Positions 9,973 through 19,011 of a stretch of DNA of 64,000 nucleotides are shown in pieces. Both the position numbers and the translations under genes were made by a program. How positions within the stretch are numbered: the first letter of the stretch is position 1; the number at the start of each line of letters is the position of its first letter. Origin of the DNA: Alphaproteobacteria bacterium (lineage in GTDB: Bacteria > Pseudomonadota > Alphaproteobacteria > RF32 > CAG-239); contig JAZSBR010000036.1 of NCBI GenBank assembly GCA_045602545.1, positions 31,279-95,278 of the forward strand, given 5' to 3'. The notes beneath the pieces were generated by a model that had not been told where the DNA came from, made no database searches, and was given only the letters and a program-made list of their open reading frames with translations.

Positions 9973-11301
9973 TCACTTCTTAAAAGTAATCACCACGAAG
10001 TTATCGTTTCCGTCATGAAGCCACTCAGCCGCCTCTGCCGGTGTCCAACGTTTTTTGGCGAATGGGTATTCACTCCAGCATTGCTTATCCCACTCAACAA
10101 ATCCGGAAGCGCAAGGAACACTGCCATCAGTGTTTTTTCTTGAGCAGCCGGCACCACTCCAGCCGTAATTACCGGAGCATTGTGAAGGACTGGTTGCCTC
10201 AGAAATGCGGCTTGAATCTATGCAACCACTTGAGCAATTGCATGTCGCATTTGCCGGACATCTTGGATCATCAGCAGAAAAATATTTTGCCAGTTTTTCA
10301 TAACAGGTGTTTAAACCACCTTGGCAAACGATATTTACGCCCTCTGGAAGTTCCCTAAAGACCCGACTGTTCCACCCTTCTGTATTAATATTATCAGGAA
10401 TTATAATACTTTCTAAACCTGAGGCATCATGAAAGGCGCCCTCTCCGATACCTGTAACACCTTCCGGAATCGTGATGCTGGTTAAACCGGTGGCATTATA
10501 AAAGACATTATCTCCGATACCTGTAACACCTTCCGGAATCGTGATGCTGGTTAAACTGCTGGCATTCAAAAAGGCACTACTTCCGATACTGGTAAGCGAA
10601 TCCGGAAGCGTGATGCTGGTTAAACCGCTGGCACTATTAAAGGTATTAATTCCGATACTTGTAACACCTTCCGGAATCGTGATGCTGGTTAAACTGCTGG
10701 CACCATAAAAGGCCTGATCTCCGATTCTGGTAACCGTATTCGGAAGCGTGATGCTGGTTAAACCGCTGGCATTACTAAAGGCACTATTTCCTATTTTAGT
10801 AAAATTACTACTGGAATCAAATGATACGGAAGTTATATTTGGGTTTGCATAAAACGGATGCTTGGTGTCAGCAGTGTCGCCGGAATAATAACCATTAACA
10901 CCACCAACATTTTTCCATTCGTAAACATTCCTGCTCGCCACTTCACCACTACCATATAAAGTTACGGCACCGTCTGTTGTTTGAGTGTAATAACAACTTC
11001 CTCCACAGCTTTTGCACTCCATTGACTCGGCAATACACCCTGTTCCGCAGACTTTCTCTCCGCTTTTGCAACTATCCGCAAAGGCTGTGGATATGTTGAG
11101 GGAAAGGAGGAGGGCAAATGCGGTCATCTTGAGGGTCGAACGAAGTGAGTGCCCGTAAAGATCTCTTTTTGCAGAGTAACATTGCGTTTTAACTCCGTCA
11201 TTGACAACAGACTCTACACTTGCTCCGGAGATCTTGACACCCGCTTCGGGGTTCAAGATGACAGCGGATTTATTTTTTTCATTTTTCTTAATTTCAAACA
11301 T
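9973..11301 (-). CDS. secreted BspA-type LRR protein with family C-terminal module (paralog 2)
   Basis: Six near-identical 23-aa LRRs (LTSITIPEGVTGIGDNVFYNATG…). C-terminus KKRWTPAEAAEWLHDGNDNFVVITFKK. AGGAG SD 8 nt before the ATG at 11301. Hydrophobic signal-like segment MTAFALLLSLNISTAFA begins only at residue 59. Confidence 0.8.
   Translation of the reverse strand: MFEIKKNEKNKSAVILNPEAGVKISGASVESVVNDGVKTQCYSAKRDLYGHSLRSTLKMTAFALLLSLNISTAFADSCKSGEKVCGTGCIAESMECKSCGGSCYYTQTTDGAVTLYGSGEVASRNVYEWKNVGGVNGYYSGDTADTKHPFYANPNITSVSFDSSSNFTKIGNSAFSNASGLTSITLPNTVTRIGDQAFYGASSLTSITIPEGVTSIGINTFNSASGLTSITLPDSLTSIGSSAFLNASSLTSITIPEGVTGIGDNVFYNATGLTSITIPEGVTGIGEGAFHDASGLESIIIPDNINTEGWNSRVFRELPEGVNIVCQGGLNTCYEKLAKYFSADDPRCPANATCNCSSGCIDSSRISEATSPSQCSGNYGWSGAGCSRKNTDGSVPCASGFVEWDKQCWSEYPFAKKRWTPAEAAEWLHDGNDNFVVITFKK
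10380..10800. repeat. tandem 69-bp (23-codon) repeats encoding the LRR units
   Basis: The unit ctccgatacctgtaacaccttccggaatcgtgatgctggttaaac recurs at 10443 and 10512, with diverged copies out to about 10800. Period is 69 bp. Confidence 0.8.
11121..11264. mobile_element. 144-bp nested-palindrome (MITE/RPE-like) element lying in frame in the 5' end of paralog 2
   Basis: Terminal inverted repeats gtcatcttgag…/…ctcaagatgac. Each arm is itself a hairpin (aucuugaGCCCcgaagcGGGCgucaagau). The same element is at 51326-51469, and the arm architecture resembles the element at 40331-40453. Confidence 0.6.
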
Positions 11302-11612
11302 TTTAGTTCTCCTATTAAAAAAGGTTGTTTAAAAATTCAAATGCCCTCTGTTTTTACAGCGGGCGGGGAGTTGAACAATCATGTTGACAGTAATGACTCC
11401 TACATCCTTTAGCATTTAAAAATACTTGTACATACGACATAGGCTCCCCAACCAAAGTGGGGATTTTGGATACAAAAAAACAGCATCCGAGGGACACTGA
11501 TTTAATGTACCTCTGTCAACAAAGAGCCGTTCAAAGCCCCGAACCCGAAGGTTCTTAAAATGATTTTCATCATTCTGCATGGTATGCTAGCAGAAAAAAT
11601 AAAAAATGTAAA
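11302..11612 (-). promoter_or_regulatory. class-2 structured leader, copy E, with its promoter
   Basis: Minus strand TTTACA(11612-11607)-17 nt-TAGCAT(11589-11584). Conserved blocks GAAUGAUGAAAAUCAUU, GAACCUUCGGGUUCGGGGCU, AUCCCCACUUUGGUUGGGGAG, and AACUCCCCGCCCGCUGUAAAAACAGAGGGC + U-rich tail. Confidence 0.7.
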
Positions 11613-11636
11613 GTAAAATGTGTTATGTCAATAAAA

Positions 11637-11672
11637 AAACTCCCGATGGCATTGTGCCGATGTCGGGAGTTC
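11637..11672 (-). terminator. terminator of the pgsA-ompR-sensor kinase operon
   Basis: Minus RNA ACUCCCGA-16 nt loop-UCGGGAGUUUUUUU directly after the kinase stop. Confidence 0.7.
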
Positions 11673-11717
11673 TTATTTTACCAAGCAAAGCGCGAAATAA
11701 AGCGTCTTAAAGCACTT

Positions 11718-13073
11718 TTATAAGGGCAAGGAGATGACTACTCTCAACCCTCCTAATGAACTATCTGACAACTCAATTGAGCCACCGTGTGAAACAACAA
11801 TGTCTTTGGCAATAGCCAGACCTAAGCCGACACCGCCCGTTTCTTTGTTGCGGGAAGGGTCAACACGATAAAATGCCTTAAACACATCATCACGTTTGTC
11901 TTTAGGAATTCCCGGTCCGTCATCGTCAACGGAAATTTCCAAGCGCTTGTCATCGGAAGTAATCGCCACCGCAATTTCCTTGCCGTAATGAAAGGCATTT
12001 TCAATAATGTTGGTAACGGCACGGCGCAAAGCCTGTTCACGCCCCTGAATGGCGCTTACGTCATAATTGGTGGAAAATCTGATCATGGCATTGGTGTTTT
12101 TGCGGTATTTGTTAATGATTGAAGTAATCATCTCATTAACGTCAATAAAGCCCGATTTTTCACCGCCTTCACCGCTGACAAAAGCCAAATAGCCGTCAAG
12201 CATTTTTTCCATCTCATCAATATCTTGCACAAATTCCTGATTTTCCTTGCTGTCCGGCAACATTGCCATTTGCAGTTTCATTCTGGTGAGCGGAGTGCGC
12301 AAATCATGTGAAACTCCGGCAAGCATTTGCGTGCGCTCTGATATCTGGCGCAAAATGCGCTCTTTCATCTTTACAAAAGCCAGTCCGGCACGGCGAACCT
12401 CGATTGAGCCGTATGGCTTGAATTTTGTGTTGATACCTTTACCGAAATCCTCGGCCGCAGAAGCAAGTTGGGTGATGGAACGCGCTTGAACACGCAAGAA
12501 CAATACCGCAACCACAAACAAAAGCAAAGAAGTGGCAATCATCCAAGCCACAAAACCGAAAATTGAAGTGCTGAAAATGTTTTTCAAAGGTGTCTTAAAT
12601 ACATATAAGCCCTTATCCATATCAACCAAAATATTCAAATCATCGTGGTGATTTGATAAAAAAACCTCCGTATTTGCCATCGGGAAACGCTTGGTTAAGG
12701 CTTCAGCCAAAAATCCGGTGATAAAACGGCCGTTATTTTTATTTTTGCGCCAAACATCGTGTTTGTTTTCGTTTTCATAAAACTGCACGTCTATATCATA
12801 AATAGCCTTTGCCTGAGCCTTAATGTCGGCAAAGTTTTCCGTGCCGTCATCAATTGTGATGATGAAGGCCATATCCTCAACCAAATTATCGGAAAGGCGC
12901 CTGCCGACCTTGCTCCAACTGCTGTTCCAATAAGCATAAACCGAAACAATTTGCACCACAATCAAAGGTACAAATATCAAGAGCATTGTTCTGAAAAACA
13001 ATGAACGAGGTAAAAATTTTCTCTTAAAAGCTGTTAAAGCTGAATTTAAGCCTTTCGGCAAAATTACATGCAT
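11718..13073 (-). CDS. sensor histidine kinase, EnvZ-like
   Basis: Two TM segments, HAMP region, H-box …AGVSHDLRTPLTRMKLQ…, N/G boxes …DDGPGIP…GGVGLGLAIAKDIV…. Immediately downstream of an OmpR-type regulator. Confidence 0.85.
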   Translation of the reverse strand: MHVILPKGLNSALTAFKRKFLPRSLFFRTMLLIFVPLIVVQIVSVYAYWNSSWSKVGRRLSDNLVEDMAFIITIDDGTENFADIKAQAKAIYDIDVQFYENENKHDVWRKNKNNGRFITGFLAEALTKRFPMANTEVFLSNHHDDLNILVDMDKGLYVFKTPLKNIFSTSIFGFVAWMIATSLLLFVVAVLFLRVQARSITQLASAAEDFGKGINTKFKPYGSIEVRRAGLAFVKMKERILRQISERTQMLAGVSHDLRTPLTRMKLQMAMLPDSKENQEFVQDIDEMEKMLDGYLAFVSGEGGEKSGFIDVNEMITSIINKYRKNTNAMIRFSTNYDVSAIQGREQALRRAVTNIIENAFHYGKEIAVAITSDDKRLEISVDDDGPGIPKDKRDDVFKAFYRVDPSRNKETGGVGLGLAIAKDIVVSHGGSIELSDSSLGGLRVVISLPL

Positions 13074-13082
13074 TTTTCTCTC

Positions 13083-13766
13083 CTAGTCAATTAGTAACAT
13101 ATATCCTTTTCCGCGAATTGTTTGCAAATATCGCGGATTTTTTGAATCTTTTTCTATTTTTTTGCGAAGTCTGGTGATTTGCACATCTATTGAGCGCGAA
13201 TTTTCGCCGGTTTCCAAAAGTTCTGCCAATTGTTCGCGTGAAAAAATCTGCCCGTTTTTCTTGCCTAAAATGCTGAGCAAAGTTTGCTCTAACGGAGTTG
13301 TATGCAAAATATTTCCGTCTGCATCTCTTAATTCATTTGTTTTGGTATCAAAAACAAAATCACCGATTTTTAGCAGATTTTGCGCTTGAGTTTTCTGCGG
13401 AATACGGCGCAAAATGTTGTTTATGCGCAAAACCAATTCCTTTGGCTCAAACGGTTTTGCCAAATAGTCATCGGCTCCGGATTCCAAACCGCTTATTCGG
13501 TCTTCGGTTTCACCCATAGCCGTCAGCACAATTGCCGGAACTTGGCTTGTCTTGCGCAAGTTTTGCAAAAATTCAAGCCCCGTTTCATTAGGCATCATAA
13601 CGTCAACAATCAACAAATCAAAAATATATTGACTTAAAAACATGCGCGCATTTTCGGCATCTTTAGCCGTGGTGACGGCAAACCCGTTTTCTTGCAAATA
13701 GCGCTGCAAGAGCGCACGCAGACGCGTGTCATCATCAATAACCAAAATGTGCGAACGTTCTTGCAT
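13083..13766 (-). CDS. ompR: OmpR-family two-component response regulator
   Basis: Receiver domain (ILVIDDD…DLLIVDVMMP…KPF) plus winged-helix C-terminus (…LTRLRKKIE…PRYLQTIRGKGYML). Confidence 0.85.
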   Translation of the reverse strand: MQERSHILVIDDDTRLRALLQRYLQENGFAVTTAKDAENARMFLSQYIFDLLIVDVMMPNETGLEFLQNLRKTSQVPAIVLTAMGETEDRISGLESGADDYLAKPFEPKELVLRINNILRRIPQKTQAQNLLKIGDFVFDTKTNELRDADGNILHTTPLEQTLLSILGKKNGQIFSREQLAELLETGENSRSIDVQITRLRKKIEKDSKNPRYLQTIRGKGYMLLID

Positions 13767-13775
13767 TTGTTGAAC

Positions 13776-14492
13776 TTAAGCCTTTTTCTTTGTGCTTTTT
13801 TTTGCTGTTTTCTTCGGTGCAACTTTGGCAGTTTTTTTCTTTTCTGCCGTTTTTACCGTTTTTGTAGTTTTTGCCGGTTTAGCGTCTTTTTTCGGTGCAA
13901 CAACTTCAACGGTTGCCGCAACTTCTGTTACTTTTTTTGCTTCTTCGGCTTTAACATAATCCAAGCTTTTTTGATAATATTGATAACCGGTAATAAAAGT
14001 CAAAACAGCGGCAACCCAAAGCAAAAATTCGCCCAAATAGCTCCAGCCTATCCACAGTTCGCGGAACATCATCATAGACAAGGCAACCATTTGAAATGCG
14101 GTCTTCCACTTTGCAAGTTTTGTTACCGGCAAACCGACATTCACTTCGCGCAAAAATTCTCTTAAGCCGGAAACCAAAATTTCACGGCATAAAATCACAA
14201 ATACCGGAATAATACTGATATGCAAGCTATACATATCAGGTTTTGCCAATATTACAACCAAAGCGGTGGCAACCAGCAACTTATCGGCAATCGGGTCAAG
14301 CAAGCGTCCGAAGGCTGAAGTCTGATTGCGGGCGCGTGCCAGATAGCCGTCAAAATAGTCGGTTATGGAAGCCAAAACAAAGAGTACTGCCGCCAGCATT
14401 GCCCAAAAATATGAAGTAAAGTAAATTGATAAAAAAATGAGCGGAATAACAACTATTCTGGAAATTGTCAGAATGTTAGGTAAATTATACAC
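13776..14492 (-). CDS. pgsA: CDP-diacylglycerol--glycerol-3-phosphate 3-phosphatidyltransferase with a Lys/Ala-rich C-terminal tail
   Basis: CDP-alcohol phosphatidyltransferase motif DYFDGYLARARNQTSAFGRLLDPIADK. The last ~55 aa are KKVTEVAATVEVVAPKKDAKPAKTTKTVKTAEKKKTAKVAPKKTAKKSTKKKA. Confidence 0.85.
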   Translation of the reverse strand: MYNLPNILTISRIVVIPLIFLSIYFTSYFWAMLAAVLFVLASITDYFDGYLARARNQTSAFGRLLDPIADKLLVATALVVILAKPDMYSLHISIIPVFVILCREILVSGLREFLREVNVGLPVTKLAKWKTAFQMVALSMMMFRELWIGWSYLGEFLLWVAAVLTFITGYQYYQKSLDYVKAEEAKKVTEVAATVEVVAPKKDAKPAKTTKTVKTAEKKKTAKVAPKKTAKKSTKKKA

Positions 14493-14552
14493 TTTAACCC
14501 CCTTATAAAGTTCAATAAATAAACAAATTTTACCTATAATAAAACGCTTTTT

Positions 14553-16361
14553 TTAATTATGGAAGTATTTATATATTTTTTCCGCTACTTTTTTGCTGAT
14601 GGTATCAACTTTCATTAACTCAGCAACACTTGCACTCTTGATTTGTTCCACCGAGCCGAAAAAGTTTAAGAGCAAATTCTTGCGTTTTGCACCGATTCCT
14701 TTAATTTCATCAATTTGAGATTTGAAAATTGATTTTGTGCGCTTTTTGCGATGTGTGCCGATGGCAAAACGATGCGCCTCATCACGCAGGTTTTGCATAT
14801 AAAAAGCAATCGGAGAGGCAAACGGAAGCGAAAAACTTTCATGCCCCAAAATATGATAAAATTCTTTGCCGGCATTGCGTTCCGGACCTTTGGAAATGGC
14901 AATAATCGTGATTTCCGACAAATCATAATCTTTAAGGCTTTCATGAACGGCATGAAGTTGCCCCAAACCACCGTCAAGCAAAATCACATCAGGTTTGTTT
15001 TCCGGAGCCATATGCTCAAAACGGCGGTGCAAAACCTCTTTCATCATGGCAAAATCATCATTCGTGTTTTCGGTATATTTGATGTTAAAAGTGCGATACG
15101 ATTTTTTATCAAATCCGTCGGGAGTTGCCACCACCATTGCCCCCACGGCAAAGCTACCCTGATTATGCGAATTATCATAAATTTCAATGCGTTCCGGAAA
15201 TTTCGGTAAGCCGAAATATTGTTGCATTTCATAAAGATTTTCTTTTACGCTTGCAGTTTCGGCAATTTTACGTTCAATGGCGGCGAGGGCGTTTTCTTTT
15301 GTTCGCTCAATCAGTTTTTGCTTGTTGCCCTTTTGATAAGTATTGATTTTGGCGCCGATTGCCTCTTGCAAAAAGTCGGAATTTTCCGGCATAACGGACA
15401 CGATTATTTCTTTTGGCGGTGTGCGCTCGGCATAAAAAGAACTCAAAAAAGCCTCCATGATTTCAGCATCATCAAGTTCCCAAGTATTTTTCGGAAAATA
15501 CGGAACATTTCCGCAATTTTGACCGGCGCGAATGAAAAACACCTGAATGCAAACCATATTTTTATGCTTAATCACGGCAATGATATCGGCAGAAGAAATT
15601 CCGGCATATTCCACATTATAACCGCCCTGAATCGCGCTCAAAGCCTTTATTCTGTCGCGCAAAATCAAAGCCAATTCAAAATTAAGATTGTTGCTGGCTT
15701 CTTGCATTTTTGCCGAAAGTTCTTCTTTATATTCGGTATTTTTACCCTCTAAAAAGGCAATCACTTCATTAACCGATTTGAGATAATCTGCTTTTGAAAT
15801 TTTGCCGACACACGGCGCACTGCAACGCTTTATCTGATAAAGCATACACGGACGCTCGCGATTGTGAAACATGGAATCTCGGCATGAACGAAGTCCGAAA
15901 ACTTTTTGCACGATATCAATCACGCTGTTGACGGCCGAAGCACTGGCAAACGGTCCGAAATATTTTATTTTATTGCTTTCACGCGCACCGCGACTTTTAC
16001 GCAAGGCCGGAAATTCTTCGTTCAAATTTATCATTAAATGCGGAAAAGTCTTGTCATCTTTTAATAAAATGTTATATTTCGGCTCCAACTTCTTAATTAA
16101 GTCATTCTCCATTAGAAGGGCTTGAGCCTCATTTTCAACAATAATAAATTCCATGCGTTCAACTTCTGAAACCATACGTTTTATATGGTCAGGCAATTTA
16201 TCAAAATGCGTATAGGCGACAATGCGTTTTTTTATGCTTTTGGCTTTTCCGACATAAAGCACGCGGTTGTCTTTATCAATCATGCGATAAACTCCGGGGT
16301 TAAGCGGAGCAATTTTTACATTATTTTTAATGACTTCAATTCCGTGTTTGATATCGGGCAT
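14553..16361 (-). CDS. uvrC: excinuclease ABC subunit C
   Basis: 602 aa. GIY-YIG N-terminus (GVYRMIDKDNRVLYVGKAKSIKKR) and C-terminal HhH (…IKGIGAKRKNLLLNFFGS…). Confidence 0.95.
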   Translation of the reverse strand: MPDIKHGIEVIKNNVKIAPLNPGVYRMIDKDNRVLYVGKAKSIKKRIVAYTHFDKLPDHIKRMVSEVERMEFIIVENEAQALLMENDLIKKLEPKYNILLKDDKTFPHLMINLNEEFPALRKSRGARESNKIKYFGPFASASAVNSVIDIVQKVFGLRSCRDSMFHNRERPCMLYQIKRCSAPCVGKISKADYLKSVNEVIAFLEGKNTEYKEELSAKMQEASNNLNFELALILRDRIKALSAIQGGYNVEYAGISSADIIAVIKHKNMVCIQVFFIRAGQNCGNVPYFPKNTWELDDAEIMEAFLSSFYAERTPPKEIIVSVMPENSDFLQEAIGAKINTYQKGNKQKLIERTKENALAAIERKIAETASVKENLYEMQQYFGLPKFPERIEIYDNSHNQGSFAVGAMVVATPDGFDKKSYRTFNIKYTENTNDDFAMMKEVLHRRFEHMAPENKPDVILLDGGLGQLHAVHESLKDYDLSEITIIAISKGPERNAGKEFYHILGHESFSLPFASPIAFYMQNLRDEAHRFAIGTHRKKRTKSIFKSQIDEIKGIGAKRKNLLLNFFGSVEQIKSASVAELMKVDTISKKVAEKIYKYFHN

Positions 16362-16364
16362 ATT

Positions 16365-18026
16365 TTAGGCTCCGATTAAAACTTTGGCGGCGGCGCGGGC
16401 CTCATCGCTGATTATTTCTCCGGCGAGCATACGGGCGATTTCTTCTTTCTTTTCTTCGGTATTTAAGCGCTTAACTGTTGTGAAGACAGCATTATCCGAG
16501 CCTGATTTTTCAACTTTGAAATGGCATGAACTTAAGGCGGCAACCTGCGGAGAATGGGTTACAACCAAAACCTGAACTTTTTTACCCAACAGCGCCAGCT
16601 TTTCGCCTACGGCTTGCGCCGTTGCCCCACCGATACCAGTGTCAATTTCATCAAAAATCATGGTGTCAACATCTGAACTTTGCGCTAAATTTACCTTCAG
16701 AGCCAACATCAATCTGGCGAGTTCACCGCCTGATGCTATCTTGTTGATTTGTCCCGGTAAAGTGTTAGGATTTGTGGAAACCGTGAAACAAACATCGTCT
16801 ATGCCATTTTCGCTCCACAAACTCTCTTCTTTTGCTGTTATTTGTGTAACAAAACAAGCCTTTTCCATTTTTAAATCAGGCAGTTGCTTCATAACATCGG
16901 CATCAAGTGTTTCGGCGTCGTTTTTGCGCATTTGTGATACGGTTTTTGCCAAATTATAATACTCTTTTTTTGCGGTTTCTTCGGCTTTCATCAATTCAGC
17001 CAAATTATTTTCACCATTGTTCAGATTTTGTAATTTAAGTTTCAAATCATTCCATACATCAGGCAAATTTTCCGGCAAAACATGATGTTTGCGCGCCAAA
17101 CTTTTTAAGGCGAAAAGGCGCTCTTCCAAGGCATTTATTTCCTCTGAGGAAAAATTTACTTCGTTTGATGCCTGCATAATCTCTTCTTCGGCTTCTTCCA
17201 AGTTAATGAGAGCTGTATCTAAAATTTCTCCGATAGCCGAATATTTATTATCCACAAGCGCGTTCAATCTGGAAACCGAAGAAAGTGCTTGTCTGATGTT
17301 TGAACGCACATTTGATTGGCTTAATGCCTGATACGCCGTATTCAGGTTTTCGGCGATTTTTTCGGAGTTCATCATCTGTTTGCGTTTTGTTTCAAGCGCT
17401 TCAATTTCATTATCCTTAGGGGATAATTTTTCAAATTCATCAAGCCAATGGTGAATGTTTTCTTCTTCTTGTTGTGCTTCCAACAAGTTTTTTTGCAAAG
17501 TTATGCGTTCTTTTTGCAGTTTTTTCCAAGAAAAAAATTTCTCTTTCAAGCTTTGAAGTGCTTCCTTGTGATTGCCATAATTATCCAAAACATCGGAATG
17601 TGTTGCCGGATTAAGCAACCCCTGATTATCAAATTGCCCGTGAATTTCCACTAACTGTGCGCCGATTTCTTTCAAAAGCTTTTGAGTAATCGGTTGGTCA
17701 TTGAAAAGTATTTTTCCTTTCCCGTCATTTGAAAGTGAACGTTTGATGATGATTTCATCAGCATAGTCCAGTTCATATTCATCACAAAGTTTTTTTAAAT
17801 TATTATTTTCGGCGGACAAGTCAAAAACCGCGGAAACGGAAAGCTTGTCTTCTCCGCTTCGTATCATTGAGGTGTCGGCACGATTGCCTAACACAAAACC
17901 CAATGAATCAAGCAAAATGGATTTTCCGGCGCCGGTTTCACCGCTGAAAACAATAAAACCGTTTGGAAAATCCAAATCCAATTTATCAATCAAAACAACA
18001 TTTTTAATTGACAGGGACTTAATCAT
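16365..18026 (-). CDS. recN: DNA repair protein RecN
   Basis: 553 aa. MIKSLSIKNVVLIDKLDLDFPNGFIVFSGETGAGKSILLDSL (Walker A), coiled-coil middle, C-terminal …ASGGELARLMLALK… signature. Confidence 0.95.
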   Translation of the reverse strand: MIKSLSIKNVVLIDKLDLDFPNGFIVFSGETGAGKSILLDSLGFVLGNRADTSMIRSGEDKLSVSAVFDLSAENNNLKKLCDEYELDYADEIIIKRSLSNDGKGKILFNDQPITQKLLKEIGAQLVEIHGQFDNQGLLNPATHSDVLDNYGNHKEALQSLKEKFFSWKKLQKERITLQKNLLEAQQEEENIHHWLDEFEKLSPKDNEIEALETKRKQMMNSEKIAENLNTAYQALSQSNVRSNIRQALSSVSRLNALVDNKYSAIGEILDTALINLEEAEEEIMQASNEVNFSSEEINALEERLFALKSLARKHHVLPENLPDVWNDLKLKLQNLNNGENNLAELMKAEETAKKEYYNLAKTVSQMRKNDAETLDADVMKQLPDLKMEKACFVTQITAKEESLWSENGIDDVCFTVSTNPNTLPGQINKIASGGELARLMLALKVNLAQSSDVDTMIFDEIDTGIGGATAQAVGEKLALLGKKVQVLVVTHSPQVAALSSCHFKVEKSGSDNAVFTTVKRLNTEEKKEEIARMLAGEIISDEARAAAKVLIGA

Positions 18027-19009
18027 TAAAGAGAGCCTTCCTCGGAATTCGTTTTATCTCCGAACCACGGCCAACCGAATTTATACCAAGGCTTGTCAGA
18101 AGATGTTTCCGAAGAAGTTTCGGATATTTCTTCCGGTTCTTCAACAGTTTCTTCTTGTTCGGCTATATTTTCGCTTTTATCACCGAACCACGGCCAACCG
18201 AACTTATACCAAGGCTTATCAGAAGATGTTTTAGTTTCCTTATCTTCTTTAGAAATATTTGATTTTTTAGTTTTTTCTATTTTGTTCATAACATCTTCAG
18301 CCTTAGCCGTCCATTTGCTGTTCGGGTAATTCATCTTTAAGATTTTATAATAGCCTTTGGCATATTTATTCATCCCCAAAATTGCATAAATTTCAACCTC
18401 GCGATATAAAGCTTCTTCAATTTGCACGGTTTTTTGATATTGTTCCAACACAACATTAAAGCGGTTTAATGCCGAAAGGTAGTTTTTGTTATTCAAATAA
18501 TAACGCCCGATAATCATTTCCTGAGCGGCCTTGTAGTCTTCTGCCAAATTTATTTTTTGCAAAACATCTTTGGTGTATTTGCTATCGGGATAAAGAGTTA
18601 CCAAGCGCTCAAATGTTTCTTCAGCCATTCGCGTATTCAGTTGGTCTTTTTCCGCCGAAGAAATCTGGTCATAATAGCTCATTCCTTTCAAGTAATAAGC
18701 ATAATCCGCATCCTTATTTCCCGGATGATATTTCAAAAATCTGTCCGCCGCCATAATGGCATCATCATACGATTCGTTTTTATAATAAGCATAAGCCGCC
18801 ATCAGTTTGGCTTTGACGGCCCATTTTGAATAAGGATGCTCTGTTTCAAGCTGTTCAAATTGTTCGGCTGCTTTTTTATATTTTGTTTCTTCTAAGTTGT
18901 TGTATGCCTTATTATAAAGATTTTCTGCCGGCAGGTTAAGATTTTCATCCTTAGAGGCGCAAGCAGAAATCAAAAGTCCCAAAATAAGTATTGCAGATAT
19001 TTTTTTCAT
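18026..19009 (-). CDS. bamD: outer membrane protein assembly factor BamD (lipoprotein) with duplicated aromatic C-terminal motif
   Basis: Lipobox LLISAC. TPR-like YfiO body (…PYSKWAVKAKLMAAYAYYKNESYDDAI…). Tail contains SSDKPWYKFGWPWFGDK twice. Confidence 0.85.
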   Translation of the reverse strand: MKKISAILILGLLISACASKDENLNLPAENLYNKAYNNLEETKYKKAAEQFEQLETEHPYSKWAVKAKLMAAYAYYKNESYDDAIMAADRFLKYHPGNKDADYAYYLKGMSYYDQISSAEKDQLNTRMAEETFERLVTLYPDSKYTKDVLQKINLAEDYKAAQEMIIGRYYLNNKNYLSALNRFNVVLEQYQKTVQIEEALYREVEIYAILGMNKYAKGYYKILKMNYPNSKWTAKAEDVMNKIEKTKKSNISKEDKETKTSSDKPWYKFGWPWFGDKSENIAEQEETVEEPEEISETSSETSSDKPWYKFGWPWFGDKTNSEEGSL

Positions 19010-19011
19010 TT

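Noticed and set aside
11100-11160. Internal ATG (…LK-M-TAFALLL…) as the sole true start of paralog 2 (and its equivalent in paralog 5).
   Set aside because: No SD precedes it, and it lies inside the terminal inverted repeat of the palindromic element, whereas the upstream ATG has AGGAG. It is kept as an alternative hypothesis inside the finding rather than as the annotation.
13692-14165. 157-aa plus-strand ORF rich in Phe/Cys.
   Set aside because: It is the reverse-frame artefact of the Lys/Ala-rich pgsA tail and the pgsA body.
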